This document shows positions 39,002 to 50,372 of a DNA stretch of 64,000 nucleotides, piece by piece; position 1 is the stretch's first letter; every line of letters starts with the position of its first letter. This DNA comes from Mobula birostris (Eukaryota). The DNA is taken from NCBI RefSeq assembly GCF_030028105.1, contig NC_092385.1:44131433-44195432 (forward strand). The letters run 5' to 3'. A model generated the notes under the pieces. It was not told where the DNA came from. It saw nothing but the letters and a program-made list of their open reading frames with translations, and ran no database searches. The position numbers were made by a program, and so were the translations under genes.

Positions 39002-39296
39002 AATACTCAAAATAATGATATTAAACTCTTTTCATTTCTGGTTGGAAGAACATCATATATATAATAAAGTATCCTATTCAGAGCTTTGAAATATTTTTAT
39101 TTTTCATATGCAGCTGTAATATTTAACATATAATACCTATAACCTGTTAAGACATAAATATTGACGGTACATTAGAATGATTAGTACAGTTCACCAAAAA
39201 CAAAGTAGCAACTAATGGAGACTATGGAGGATGAGGCCTGCTGAGGTAAAGACAGTCACAGGTGGGCCATGAGCAGAGAAATTTTGAGATCTCTGT
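37371..39296 (+). mobile_element. hAT Buster/Charlie-type DNA transposon fossil, 5' end lost
   Basis: NESMRPRKLRKHL, ASYEISNLIAKAGKPHNIGE, FALQIDEST, HYIIHRQ and FPTSYLVECGFS; TIR-like end TTTGAGATCTCTG near 39296. Confidence 0.9.
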
Positions 39297-39522
39297 GCTA
39301 GGGCAACCTCATGCTTTCTTTTAGCCCTCCTGATTTCCTTCCTAAGAGTTCTCTTGCATTTCTTATACTCTTCACATAACTTATTTGCTCCTTCTTGCTG
39401 TGCACCTCCTTCTTCTCCTTAATCGGGTCTCAATAAACCAAGGTTCTATAAACCTGTTATCCTTGCCTTTTATTCTGACAGAAACAGACAAACCCTGTGC
39501 CTGCAAAATTTCACTTTTGAAG

Positions 39523-40032
39523 TAAACGCAAAATACTCTGTAGATGCTGGGGTCACCTCCTCTACTGCCATGATGAGGCTGAACTCAGGTTGGAGGAGCA
39601 ACACCTCATATACCGTCTAGGTAGTCTCCGGCCCCTTGGTATGAACATAGAATTCTCCAACTTCCGGTAATTCCCTCCCTCTTCCTTCCCTTATCCCTAT
39701 TTCACTCTGCTCCCTCCCCCAGCTGCCTACCACCTTCCTCATGGTTCCGCATTCTTCTACTACCCATTGTGTTTTCCCCTATTCCTTCTTCACCTTTCCT
39801 GCCTATCACCTCCCTGCTTCCCCTCCCCCACCCCTTTATCTCTCCCCTTACTGGTTTTTCACCTGGAACCAATCAGCCTTCTCCTTCCCAACTTCCCCCC
39901 CACCTTCTTTATAGGACCTCTGCCCCTTCCCTCTTCAGTCCTGACAAAGGGTTCCAGCCCAAAACGTTGACTGATCGTTTCCACGGATGCTGTCCGACCT
40001 GCTGAGTTCCTCCAGTGTGTTGTGAGTGTTGC
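39523..40032 (+). mobile_element. PLE pLTR insertion with its terminal about 33 bp inverted at the left end
   Basis: 13-bp TSD TTCACTTTTGAAG at 39510-39522 and 40033-40045; EN C-terminus (RLEEQHLIYRLGSL...GMNIEFSNFR) followed by the pLTR. Confidence 0.88.
39936..39973 (+). ncRNA. Degenerate minimal hammerhead ribozyme motif
   Basis: CAGTC-CTGACAA-A-GGGT(TCCA)GCCC-AAAA-C-GTT-GACTG; three CpG-type changes relative to 48607-48644. Confidence 0.65.
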
Positions 40033-40579
40033 TTCACTTTTGAAGGCCTCCCACTTACCAAATATACCTTTGCCAGAAAACAACCTATTCCAATCCACAC
40101 CTGCCAGATCTTTTATGATACCATCAAAATTGGCCTTTCTCCAATTTAGAATCTCAACCCAAGAACCAGACTGACCCTTCTCCATATTTATTTTGAAACT
40201 AATGTCATTATGATCAATACATGCAAAGTGTTGTCCTTCATGGATTTCTGTCACCTCCCGTCTCGTTCCATAATAAGAGATCTAGTATATTACTCTCTGT
40301 AGTTGGGACCACTATGTACTGATTAAGAACACTTTCCTGAACACATTTGTCAAACTCTATCTCATTGAGCCCTTTTCTGTATGGGAAATGTGGTAAGTTA
40401 AAATCACTTACTATTACAGTCTTATGTTCTTGCAACAGTCTATGATCTCTCTACAAATTTGCTCCTCTAAATCCCGCTGGCTGTTGAGTTGTCTATAAGA
40501 CACAGTGCTGGGCCATTGGTTAATGGGGGCAGCCAATTTCTTTTCAGCATTCAAAGATGGATCAATCCCTCTGGGATTT

Positions 40580-40985
40580 TTGCATCTTCACCAACACACA
40601 ACTTTTCATGGAGCTACATGGGAAGACACCATCAAATGCACCAACTGCCTTTTAACTCTTCACTTTCCACTGTCTATGGAAGCTCAAACAGTCCTTCTGG
40701 GTGAAGCAGTAACTCACTTGTAATTTTCTAATTTAGAGTACTGCAGTTGGAATTTATGATGCAAGTATCTTCACAATGGAGAAACCAAATGTGGATGAGA
40801 AAATCACTTTGTAGAAGACCGCTATTCAGTCGATACATTCACTTGTGCTTCCAAATGCCTGTCATTTTTGTCCATTTACATAGTCCCAATGAAGCCAAAG
40901 ATTGTGAAATAGCATTTCACCTTCCAAGTTCACTTATTACAACCTTTGGGACTCAGCGCTGAATTCAACAATTTCATATGACCAA
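40580..40985 (+). mobile_element. Old PLE GIY-YIG fragment
   Basis: Weak colinear similarity to 16900-17310 (AAACAGTCCTTC.GGGTGAAGCAG...CACTTGTAA, GGAGAAACCAAA, GAATTCAACAATTTC). Confidence 0.55.
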
Positions 40986-42397
40986 ACTTTCCAGATTGTT
41001 TCAGCAACCACAGCACATTGTATCTTCCAGTTCCTTTTGAGTTTAACTCGGTAACCTTGAATGATCACTGTTACAACACACAAATGTAAATGATAGCAGG
41101 AAATGTCACTGGCAACTAGCATATAAAAAATTCCTGCATTCATCACATTCCTTGTCTGGTAGTATTTTTGCACCTAATAACTATAGATTAAGCTTTATAA
41201 TTTCCACTACAGATTGTTAACCATTAGGTACGCATGCTTTGAAAATTAAGGTAATCATGATAATACATTTGTAAGCGCCTGATTTGTTAGATTTCCAATC
41301 AACCTTTTATGTTACCTAACTAATCAAAATCATCTTTTCAGCTCAAATCCAGTGCAATACTCTTTATATAGATTCAGAAAAAAAAGAGGGGAAAAGCTAT
41401 TGCCTTGATATTCGAGATTTCATAATTTAAGAACATTGTGATCTAAAACATTTGCTTCATTCCACATTTCTCCTTATTTGGTAAGAACAACATTTGCAAG
41501 TGTATTTACAAATCCATGCTCTCGAGGCTTAATGCTAGGTAATCCATTTGGGACTAATAACGTTTTAATTCCTTAAACCTCTGAAATCTGATCCCATCTC
41601 ATTGGTTCCAGGAAAAAAAGGAGACAGGAGATAGAGTAGAATCTCCTGTGGGACAGACAGTGTGCCTTGACTGATAAAGAGTGGCGGAATCCTTGCTCAA
41701 AGATAGAAGACATTTAGTAAAAAGATTAGCACTAACAACTAAAACAAAATTAAAGGCTTTCAACAGCACCTAGAAAAATAAACTAAACAAACTGTTCAGT
41801 CCATCTGCTTTTTGTGCCATCAATGCCAAAGATAAACTAAAACATTCTATCAGAATTAAGCTGGGATCAGCTACAGATAACTATGGGATGGTTTCTGTTC
41901 TGTTCATTAGCATCAATAGCACAGTTTCTTAGAATGTGTGCTGATATGGATATCAGCACTGCCCAACCAAATTTGCATTGTGGCAGAAATCCGGACAGTG
42001 TTCTGAATGACAAATGCTTTCACACCACTTTTTTGTCACTCATGCGCACAATTATGCAGTCACATTCAAAATAACATTCAGCAATTCAGCAATAACATTC
42101 AAAAATCTAAGTGAAGACCATTCATTTTACGACAGCTCTTGGGTCATTAAAATAGTTCTTAGAGCACCACTGCTGAAAATTATTAGTACTAGTAGAAAGA
42201 TGCAGGAGGACACAATTAAATGTGATCATAGAAATATAATTTTAATCATTTATGACTATGGAGTTCAGGTCATAAATGTTTTTTTGATAATTACTATGGT
42301 TGTGCAGCTAAATTAAAGGATACAAAGTACATTTATTATCGAAGTATGTATGCAGAAACCCTGAAATTTGTCTTCCCCACAGACAAAGAAGCACCAT

Positions 42398-42750
42398 CAG
42401 ACATCCCACCCTGCAAAAACTCATTTCAGGGAGGTAGCACCATCAATTTGCAGGAGACTTCCGGGAGAGGTGGGATGTCAGTAATAGAGTAGCTCCTTAG
42501 CAGCTAGCCAGCTAGTTTAAATAACGTTAGCTATGCTAATGAACGAATGACACCAGTTAAACTCACCTCAGCATGTCTTTTACAGTCTTAACCCACCATG
42601 GGCAATAGAAAAGTCACTGTTGCAAACAGCGCAGTGAGCAACTCTCTCATTATTTTTGACCCCTATTAGGCAGGGATACACTTCAGTGTAGTCTGGGGTG
42701 ACGTACGATTTATATATATTTTTTTGGAACACTCTCCCATGGCACACGCT

Positions 42751-42790
<40 letters not shown>

Positions 42791-43043
42791 CTCTCTCTCT
42801 CTTACTCACGCACTCTTGCTTGCTTGCTCTCACGCTCTGTTGCTTGCTCTCTCTTCCTCCCCCTCTCTCGGTTGCTTGCTCTTGCTCTCTCTCGTGGTCG
42901 CTCTTGCGCTTTCTCTTTTGCTTTCTCTCACTCGCTCTCAAAAAAATTGATTTCCGTGACATTGTATATAATTTTCGGGCATCAGGGAGCCACTATTAAT
43001 ATGCGGGAGACTCCCGGAATTTCCGGGAGAGGTGGGATGTCTG
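42398..43043. mobile_element. Non-autonomous DNA transposon (MITE) with 13-bp TIRs and an apparent 6-bp TSD
   Basis: TIRs CAGACATCCCACC / GGTGGGATGTCTG; flanks CACCAT at 42392-42397 and 43044-43049; subterminal CGGGAG repeats. Confidence 0.85.
42748..42940. repeat. (CT)n / CTCG compound microsatellite inside the MITE
   Basis: Directly visible. Confidence 0.9.
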
Positions 43044-44100
43044 CACCATAGAACCAGTTCAAAGAATAAAAACATCACCCCCTCCCTGGGCAAAAAACAA
43101 AGAAATCGCACAAGTGGGAACAAAAAAAAAAACAAGCAAAAACATAGAATAAAAACACAAAATCAGAAGGCATATTTCAGTTCAGCTCAGCATTCAATAG
43201 TCTGCCCCAATTCACAAATCGCCCAAAAAAAGCACCAAAAAGTGACCAGAAACTAGAACACATCATAAACGTGAATAAGTGTCTACAATCCACAAACAGC
43301 GTTGATTAGACCTTGCTCCAGCACCATCTTCCAACAGCATCAAGGAAGAGAGAGATTACTCATCGCAAAATGTAAAAAGCAACAGATCTGAGTATATGAA
43401 CCACGTTTAGACCAACTACCTGACATTAGAAGTACCTGAACTTTGAGATTGGGAGAGTCTATTTCAAATCATAAAATAAGAATTCAGGTCATCCCAGCTC
43501 CCACTACCCATGCACCACCACCCCTCCCCACCCCATCATTGCCATTGTATCAAGCTACTTGGATTTCACTTTTGAAGGTAAAGTGAATTTTCCATGCATA
43601 AGAAGCAGAACATGGGGAGAATAAAATAGAATTTGTATAGGATTGGTGTAAATATGTGCCAGCTGATTAGTGCAACTTAACCGGCTAAAAGAGCTATTTT
43701 GGTGTCATTTGAGTTAAAAGCTTTATAATAGCGGGAGCTGAAACAACCAAATAGCTAATTGATCCTATTCTAAAATCCAATAAGATCATGACTAATTTGA
43801 TCTTGGCCTCATTTCTACTTTGTAATCCAATCCCCATAAACCTCAAATCTTCCATACTCCCAAAATCTATCCCAGACTTAGTAATACACTAGATTCTGGT
43901 TAATTGGGACACCTCAGGACCAGTACATTTTAGCTCAATTAGTCAAGGTTTCATGGAATTAGTTTAAAAGGTATTAAAAAAGACAAACTATCGTTTAACT
44001 GGGTCTCAAATTATGTACTTAAATGAAGTACAAAACAAATTAGAACACTACCAATACTATATCAATAATATACGAGAATACTAGAAAATTGTGTTAGTTC

Positions 44101-44998
44101 TGTGACGAGAATACACATAGATTAAGATGTTAGCTGTCCTGTGCTGGCACCAGTGGGATCAGCAGTTGGTCTGCCACCTGTCTTCAGGAGAAAGAGAGAT
44201 AAGGAAAACAATGGAGCAGCATTTGGAGATGTTAATGAAGGGACGGGAGAGTTTAATGGAAGGGGAGCTGTCAAGGTCGGCTCCCCCTTTGAACCCTGAA
44301 CTGTTTGAAGTGATGGACAGGCGATACCCCAGCAGGGGGATAAAAAGGGACAGGTTCGTTAAGGCAGGACACACGACACCTCGAGGTAACGAGACCCTGG
44401 AAGCGGTGCGTCTCCCACAATTTGGTGGGAAGTTTTGGAAGGCTGGTCGCGGGACCAAGCCATAGACGTACAGGGTGGAAAGGCACGATCAGCGGGAACC
44501 TGGTGTGTGTCTGCCCTTGCCTGGGTGCCAGGTTCACCGCAGAGAAACGATTGAATCTGGAAGCGGAGGGGTCACGGTGGGTGACCTCAGATGACATCAC
44601 AAAGGGCTCGCCCGAAAGCGGACTGCGAAGAATATCGAAGGTCTGTGTGGAAGCCGTTTGAATATTCATTCATTTTGCTCTCTCTCTCCTTCCCCCCCCG
44701 TCCATCTCCCACGGCAGCGATTACTGTGAACTGAACTGAACTAAATTGAACTGAACTTTGCGTCACTTTGAAACTGGTCATTTACCCCCAGACAACGATA
44801 GAGCTTGATTGATCCTGTTATCTTAATTCTGTGTACATGTGTGTTTATCATTGCTGAACTGTTGCATTTATTATCCTTTTGATTAGAGTACTGTGTTGCT
44901 TGTTTCTTTAATAAAACTTTCTTAGTTCTAGTAATCCAGACTCCAACTGAGTGATCCATTTCTGCTGGTTTGGCAACCCAGTTATGGGGTACGTAACA
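44101..44998 (+). mobile_element. Solo LTR (Gypsy or ERV type)
   Basis: TGTGACG...CGTAACA ends; 4-bp TSD GTTC at 44097-44100 and 44999-45002; GATAAAA TATA-like motif near 44339; AATAAA near 44910; CpG-rich. Confidence 0.88.
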
Positions 44999-45051
44999 GT
45001 TCCTAATGGAAGACTTCATTCAGAGTAAGCTGCCATGCTTTTGATCTACCT

Positions 45052-46021
45052 TGTCTCACCTCACTATCAAGAGTGAGTAAGCGTGCCCGACAAGGGTCAC
45101 TATTTAGAAAAAAAACACCAGATGATAAGCCGCAACCGCACATTAGTGCAAGGGGTTTTACTTAGTGCCAGGTGAAAGAAGTGCAAAAGCTGCCCCAAAA
45201 GTTGTGAAGTAGTATTTACAAATAGAAAAATGAAATCAAACTTGTGTAAAAATTTACAAGCATACAGAGGCTTTCTCCACAACACGCTTGGTCTTTAATT
45301 TTCCAATATATTCACCAGACATCAAATCCACCCTCCACACCTCCTTAGCAAAGCCAAACTGAGGGTTTAAATCTGCCTCCATCTGGCCTAGAAGGACTAA
45401 GAAATTCTACTGTTGGTCTGAGGGGAGGAGGGGGGAATAATCACATTATCAGACCATAATAATTATTTCAGATGCAGAATTGGAACATTTTAAACAGGAA
45501 TTCTAACATCCTACAGTTTTATTCCACAACAAATCCATTAGTTAGACCCATAAATCAGTGTCCACATGCTCAGGTGAATATAAAAGAATTATGCCTCCCC
45601 ACCAGTGGTGTTGTCTGTGTAGGGTGTAGTGCATCTGCTCCCACTGACCCGGGCATTATTTTTGGATGCCCCAAACTGTCCCTCAGGTTATTTGGGGCCA
45701 TTCTGCTCTCTACAAACCGATATAACGGTGTGAGTAGAAATAAATGAAACTGTTTGGAATGCCTGTGTCTAGAATCCTTATTTTATGAGTTATAAACCAG
45801 TAGAGCATGTTAACTGAAGGGATTGTTTTGATTTGCCAAGCTAACGATTATTTTACTGTTGGGGTGAGTAAATGGTGAATTCCCAAGAACTACAGAATGG
45901 GAGGGCAAAGTATGTGAACTACTGGGGAAACTAGACCAGGAACAGAACGAGGAGGAGTGACTAACCTGGCAAAGGAGCAAGGCTAGCAGGAGAATTATTA
46001 TCACCAACCTGTTCTGTCACA
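45052..46021 (-). mobile_element. Possible second solo LTR
   Basis: 970-bp block absent from the sister Tigger copy; minus strand reads TGTGACAG...GTGAGACA; TSD unclear. Confidence 0.45.
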
Positions 46022-46540
46022 TCTGTAAAAGAACAAAATCAGCGCAGACACCTAGTGCAAATAATGAACTGCCTTCATACACTGCTTTCAATGATTGCAT
46101 CCTCCAAATCTTCATTTTCACTGTAACATTCAAAATGATTGTTGATACCTTCAAACTCTTCATACTTCATAACTTGCTGAAGTTCATTTTCACCCCCAGC
46201 CTTTTCTAGCATCTATAAGCCGGAATGCTTGAAACCACACTGAGCAAAACAGTTCTGAATTGGTTTAGTGCTTACATCTTGCCAACTATCGGTGACAAAA
46301 ATGACTGCTCTTTGAACAAAACATACAAAACTGATGTTATTTAAAAACTTTGTTCTATACGTGGTATAGTGTTTAATGGCCACACAAGTGCAACATTTGA
46401 CACTAGTTAGAAACTGTTCAGCAACCATCTCCTGTTCCAATTAAGCAGCATAATGTCTCAAGTAAACAAACAGAATCCCAGCTATTTTCCCAATTATTTT
46501 TTGTCCTTTAAGAGTTGTCCCAAATAAGCCCAGTACTGTA

Positions 46541-46775
46541 GCATTTAGCATACACTATTACAATGCCAGCTATCCAGATTCAATCTGTCACTATCTATAA
46601 TGAGTTTGTACTTTCTCCCGATAACCACATTCATTTCCTCTTGGTGCTCCGGTTTCCTCTCACATTCCAAATGGTTAGGTGGTTATTTGGAGACATGGGT
46701 GTAATTGGGCAGCACAGTCTCATTGGACCAAAAGGGCTTGTTACTGTGCTGAATCTCAAAATAAATAAATCTCTA
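46541..46775 (+). mobile_element. V-SINE
   Basis: GGTGCTCCGGTTTCCTCTCACATTCCAAA V-domain-like core. Confidence 0.7.
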
Positions 46776-46849
46776 AATTGCAGACAGGTTCAAACAGCAA
46801 ATGAACTTTTACGTGGAAGCTACGTCCACAGATGCTGTAGGATTATTAA

Positions 46850-47620
46850 ACATCAAGGAATGGAAAACCCATCTGCCAAATTTAATCATGTCACAAAGAT
46901 AGGGGGGAAACCAAGTTGTGAGGGAGATGCAATGAAACTGCAAGTATATAGAGGTAAGTATCAGCTGAACATAAAGTGAGAAATATGGTATTCTCTATTT
47001 TCATAGGAATACATAAAAGAAAAACAGAATGTTGTACAGAGGCAGCTGCCTGTCTGGAATACCAAGAGTATAATCTTGTACAGCAAAGTAATTAAGATAA
47101 GTGGAAGCCATTATCACAAATGTTGTAATATAAATGTAGGAAAATTTCCAAAAACTTTCAAATCCTGCTGAGACAAGACCAGAATATTGTGCAGTGCTCG
47201 CCTCTCCCTTTTTAAAAGGGAATTAACTTGCACTGAATACTTTGCAGGGAAGGTTCACCAGGATGATTTCAGAACGGAAGAGGTTATGAGTTAAGGCCAG
47301 GTTTTGTCCATTCTTATTTGAACTTAGAATGAGATGCAACCTTAAAAAAACACCTAACATTCTGAGCACATTAGATAGGTTAGATGCTGAGCATATGCTC
47401 CTCCTTTGGGATGATACTTCTTTCAAATGGTCAGGGATCTTGTGGTTTTTCTATCCTAGAAAGCTGTGGAGGCCCAGACAATTTTTTTGGGTTGATAACA
47501 GAATCAAGTTCTTTAGAGATAAGGAGAAATGAAGCCTTGATGAAATCAGAGCAGCTACAATGTCATGAATGGTGGAGAAGGTGCAAAAAAAAAAAAGGGC
47601 TATTCTTGCTTCTGTTACTT
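46850..47620 (+). mobile_element. Old CR1 3' fragment
   Basis: Degenerate TKIGG, QGRFTRMI and LDRLDAE motifs. Confidence 0.65.
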
Positions 47621-48410
47621 TGATTGTTCTAGTTGGTCAAACAGTCCTTTGCATCTGTCCTGCTATTCAACTTGCAATGCTATCTCTTAGACCCTTAATT
47701 CTCATAATAGTCCCAACTTTATCCTTTATTCTGTCTTGAATACACTGAGAATAATTATTGATCATCAGTAGCCTTCAGAATTAGAGACTAATCAAGAATC
47801 CATCAACCTTTGCTTCCAATATACTCAATGAATTCCACAAAGTCACCACCCTCTGGCTAAAGAAATTCATGCTCATCTTTGTTCTAAATGGATGTCCCTC
47901 TATTCCTGGGGATCCCAAACTGGGGACAACGGACACTTCGGTTAAATTCATTCCCGGAATCATTCTGGTGAACTTCCTCTGGACACTCTCCAGTGCCAGC
48001 TCATCTTTTCTTAAAACTGCAAGCATGGTCTGATCAATGCTTTAAAAAAGCCTCTGCATTACATCCTTGCTCATATATTCTAATGCTCTTGAAATGAATG
48101 CTGACATTCCATTTGCCTTCCTTATCACTAATTCACCCTAAAAGTTAATCTATAGGAAATCCAGCACAATGACTCCCAAATCCCTTCTCCCCTTTAAATT
48201 ATGAATGATCTCCGTTCAGAAAATAGTCTACACCTTTATTACTTCTACCAAAGTGCATGACCACACACTTTCCCATACTACATTCCATTTGTGACTTCTT
48301 TACCCATTTTCCCAATCTGTCAAAGTTGTTCTGCAGAAACCCTGCTTCCTCAACACTATCTGCTCCTCCACCTTACTTTGTATCATCTTCCATCAATTCC
48401 ATCATCCAGG

Positions 48411-48869
48411 CAAAACACATACAAAATGACGCAGGAACTCAGTAAACAGTCTGTTTACTCTTTTACACAGATGATACCTGGCCTGCTGAGTTCCTCTAGT
48501 ATTTTGTGTGTGTTAACACAAAATAATCTGCAAATTCTGGGATCAAAGCAACACTCACAATACGCTGGAGGAACTCAGCAGGTCGGGCAGCATCCGTGGA
48601 AATGATGAGTCGACGTTTCGGGCTGGAACCCTTCGTCAGGACTGTAGCAGGAAGGGGCAGAGGCCCTATAAAGAAGATGGGGGTAGGGTGGGAAGGAGAA
48701 GGCTGGTAGGTTCCAGGTGAAAATCCAGTAAGGGGAAAGACAAAGGGGTGGGGGAGGGGAAGCAGGGAGGTGATAGGCAGGAAAGGTGAAGAAGGAATAG
48801 GGGAAAACACAATGGGTAGTAGAAGGAGTTGTTGCTTGGATTTCCAGCATCCGCAGGTTTTCTTTTGTG
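48411..48869. mobile_element. Mini PLE palindrome (48411-48514, 48828-48869) with a nested PLE pLTR (48515-48827, minus)
   Basis: Nested piece closely matches the reverse complement of about 39748-40034; outer piece has inverted AGGAACTCAG / CTGAGTTCCT arms. Confidence 0.8.
48607..48644 (-). ncRNA. Minimal type I hammerhead ribozyme, intact core
   Basis: CAGTC-CTGACGA-A-GGGT(TCCA)GCCC-GAAA-C-GTC^GACTC: stem I AGTC/GACT, 4-bp stem II, palindromic ACGT stem III, GUC site. Confidence 0.8.
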
Positions 48870-49689
48870 CCTTCTTAAAGACTGGAGTAATATTTGCAAT
48901 TTTCAATCCTCTGGAAGCATTCTGGAACCTAGTGATAATTGAAAGATCACTACGAATGTCTCCACAATCTCTTCAGCTACCTCTTTCTAAACCATGATGT
49001 GCAGTCCATATGGTTAAGGTGACTTAATCTACCTTCAGATCTTTCAGCTTCCATAGCACCTTCTCTTTGGTAATAGCAACTACATTTTACTTCTGCCCCT
49101 GGACACTCAAATTTTTGGCATACTGCTAATGTATAAACTGATGCAAAATACTTAAATTCATCCTCCATTTCCTTGTCCCCCATTACTACTGCTTCAGCAT
49201 AATTTTCCAGTGGTCTGATATATGAAGAGTAAAAGAGAGTGAGAGTAACTTTCTCTTTATACCATCATGATATGGTTTGACACAATTCAATATACTGTAA
49301 GCTTTCATCAACTCAAGGTTTTGAATAAATGTTATTGCATGAACCTACAGATTATTAATGAAAAATGGCCTGTTGTTTCATAGCAATGGACTGTAAAATT
49401 TTACTGCTTTCTTTGCTCAGCTTGGAGATTCAGCTGAATTGCAAATATTTGGAAATGATTTGCATATTTTTTTTAAATAAGTCTCAAACACAATATTTAA
49501 CATTGAAAAGTGTATTTTTTTTAAGCTTTATGACCAGCTGTATGGTAACATAAGATTTTCTGCTGGTAAGATGGCAACACGTATACTTGCAGCTGCCTCT
49601 TGAGAGCCAACCAATGATGTTTTTCCCTGTTAAACGTGTTTTCATACATGATAAGACTATTCTTGAGTCCAATAACTATGCGTAGAGCA

Positions 49690-50372
49690 GGTCCATTCAT
49701 CAGTGAGCTGCTCATTGCTCAAAGTAGTTAGCCGGGGTGTCGTAAGAGCCAGCCAGCAGTTCAGAGCAGGCAAGTTGGGCCGTCAGGCCTGGGGATATCG
49801 CGTCAGGCCACTGGGCCGCAGGAAGTGCTGAACTGGATTCAGAAGAGCTGACCTGTGTGCAGACCATGCTGCTGTGTGCTACTTGGAGACACTGGAGTTG
49901 GTGTCTTCAAATTGGTGCGAAGGCGGCGTGCAGTGAAACTGTGAGTGACTCTCTCGGATGTTTTTTTTGCCGTTGGACATTGATTGCCGCAGGCCTGCTT
50001 CCCTTGTTTGGTAGCGAGACAGGTGGCGAGGCAGCAATGTTGCCTCAATTGTAATGTGGACCAGGCCTCAATTCTCGGTTTTGCATTGTAATGCACAGTC
50101 CAAGCTTGGCTGCGGGGGGGGTGGGGTGGGGGGGGGGCTCTCCTTTCGGTGCTGCCCTCCACTGTTGGATCAGCCTGAACTGCTGGGAACCATCAATTTG
50201 CAGGACTTGTCGCTCAGGGACTTGGTCTAAAAATGTGTTTTCTTACATGATTGTTCATTTTTTTCCCTTTCTGAATATTTTGAATGCCCATGTATTTATT
50301 TTGCACCTTGGGCCCAGGGGAACACCATCTCATTTGGTTTGAGTGACAATTAAACTTGATTTGATTTGATCT
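49690..50372 (+). mobile_element. GC-rich non-autonomous retroelement with GACAATTAAA + (TTGAT)n tail
   Basis: CpG-rich block ending in a pentamer-repeat tail. Confidence 0.5.

Larger units (their letters stand above)
39300..40495 (-). mobile_element. CR1 endonuclease/linker fragment split by a PLE
   Basis: VIVSDFNLP, NILDLLL and LNWRKANFDGI motifs. Confidence 0.85.
43887..46538 (-). mobile_element. Tigger/pogo-like non-autonomous element carrying two about 0.9-1 kb insertions
   Basis: TA + CACTAGATTCTGGTTAATTGGGA left end; ORF 46213-46440 (DSWQDVSTKPIQNCFAQCGF) matches a Tigger transposase C-terminal motif; homologous to 15320-17871. Confidence 0.8.
47640..49220 (-). mobile_element. CR1 fragments split by PLE-derived inserts
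   Basis: LALESVQRKFTRMIPGM, NFFSQRVVTLWNSL, KIANITPVFKK, MGDKEM.DEF.YFASV. Confidence 0.85.

Noticed and set aside
42666-43051. ERERER / SLSLSL ORFs
   Set aside because: Microsatellite translations
45810-46007. Signal-peptide-like ORF MVIIILLLALLL
   Set aside because: Starts at TTG, is short, lies inside a probable LTR and has no env motifs
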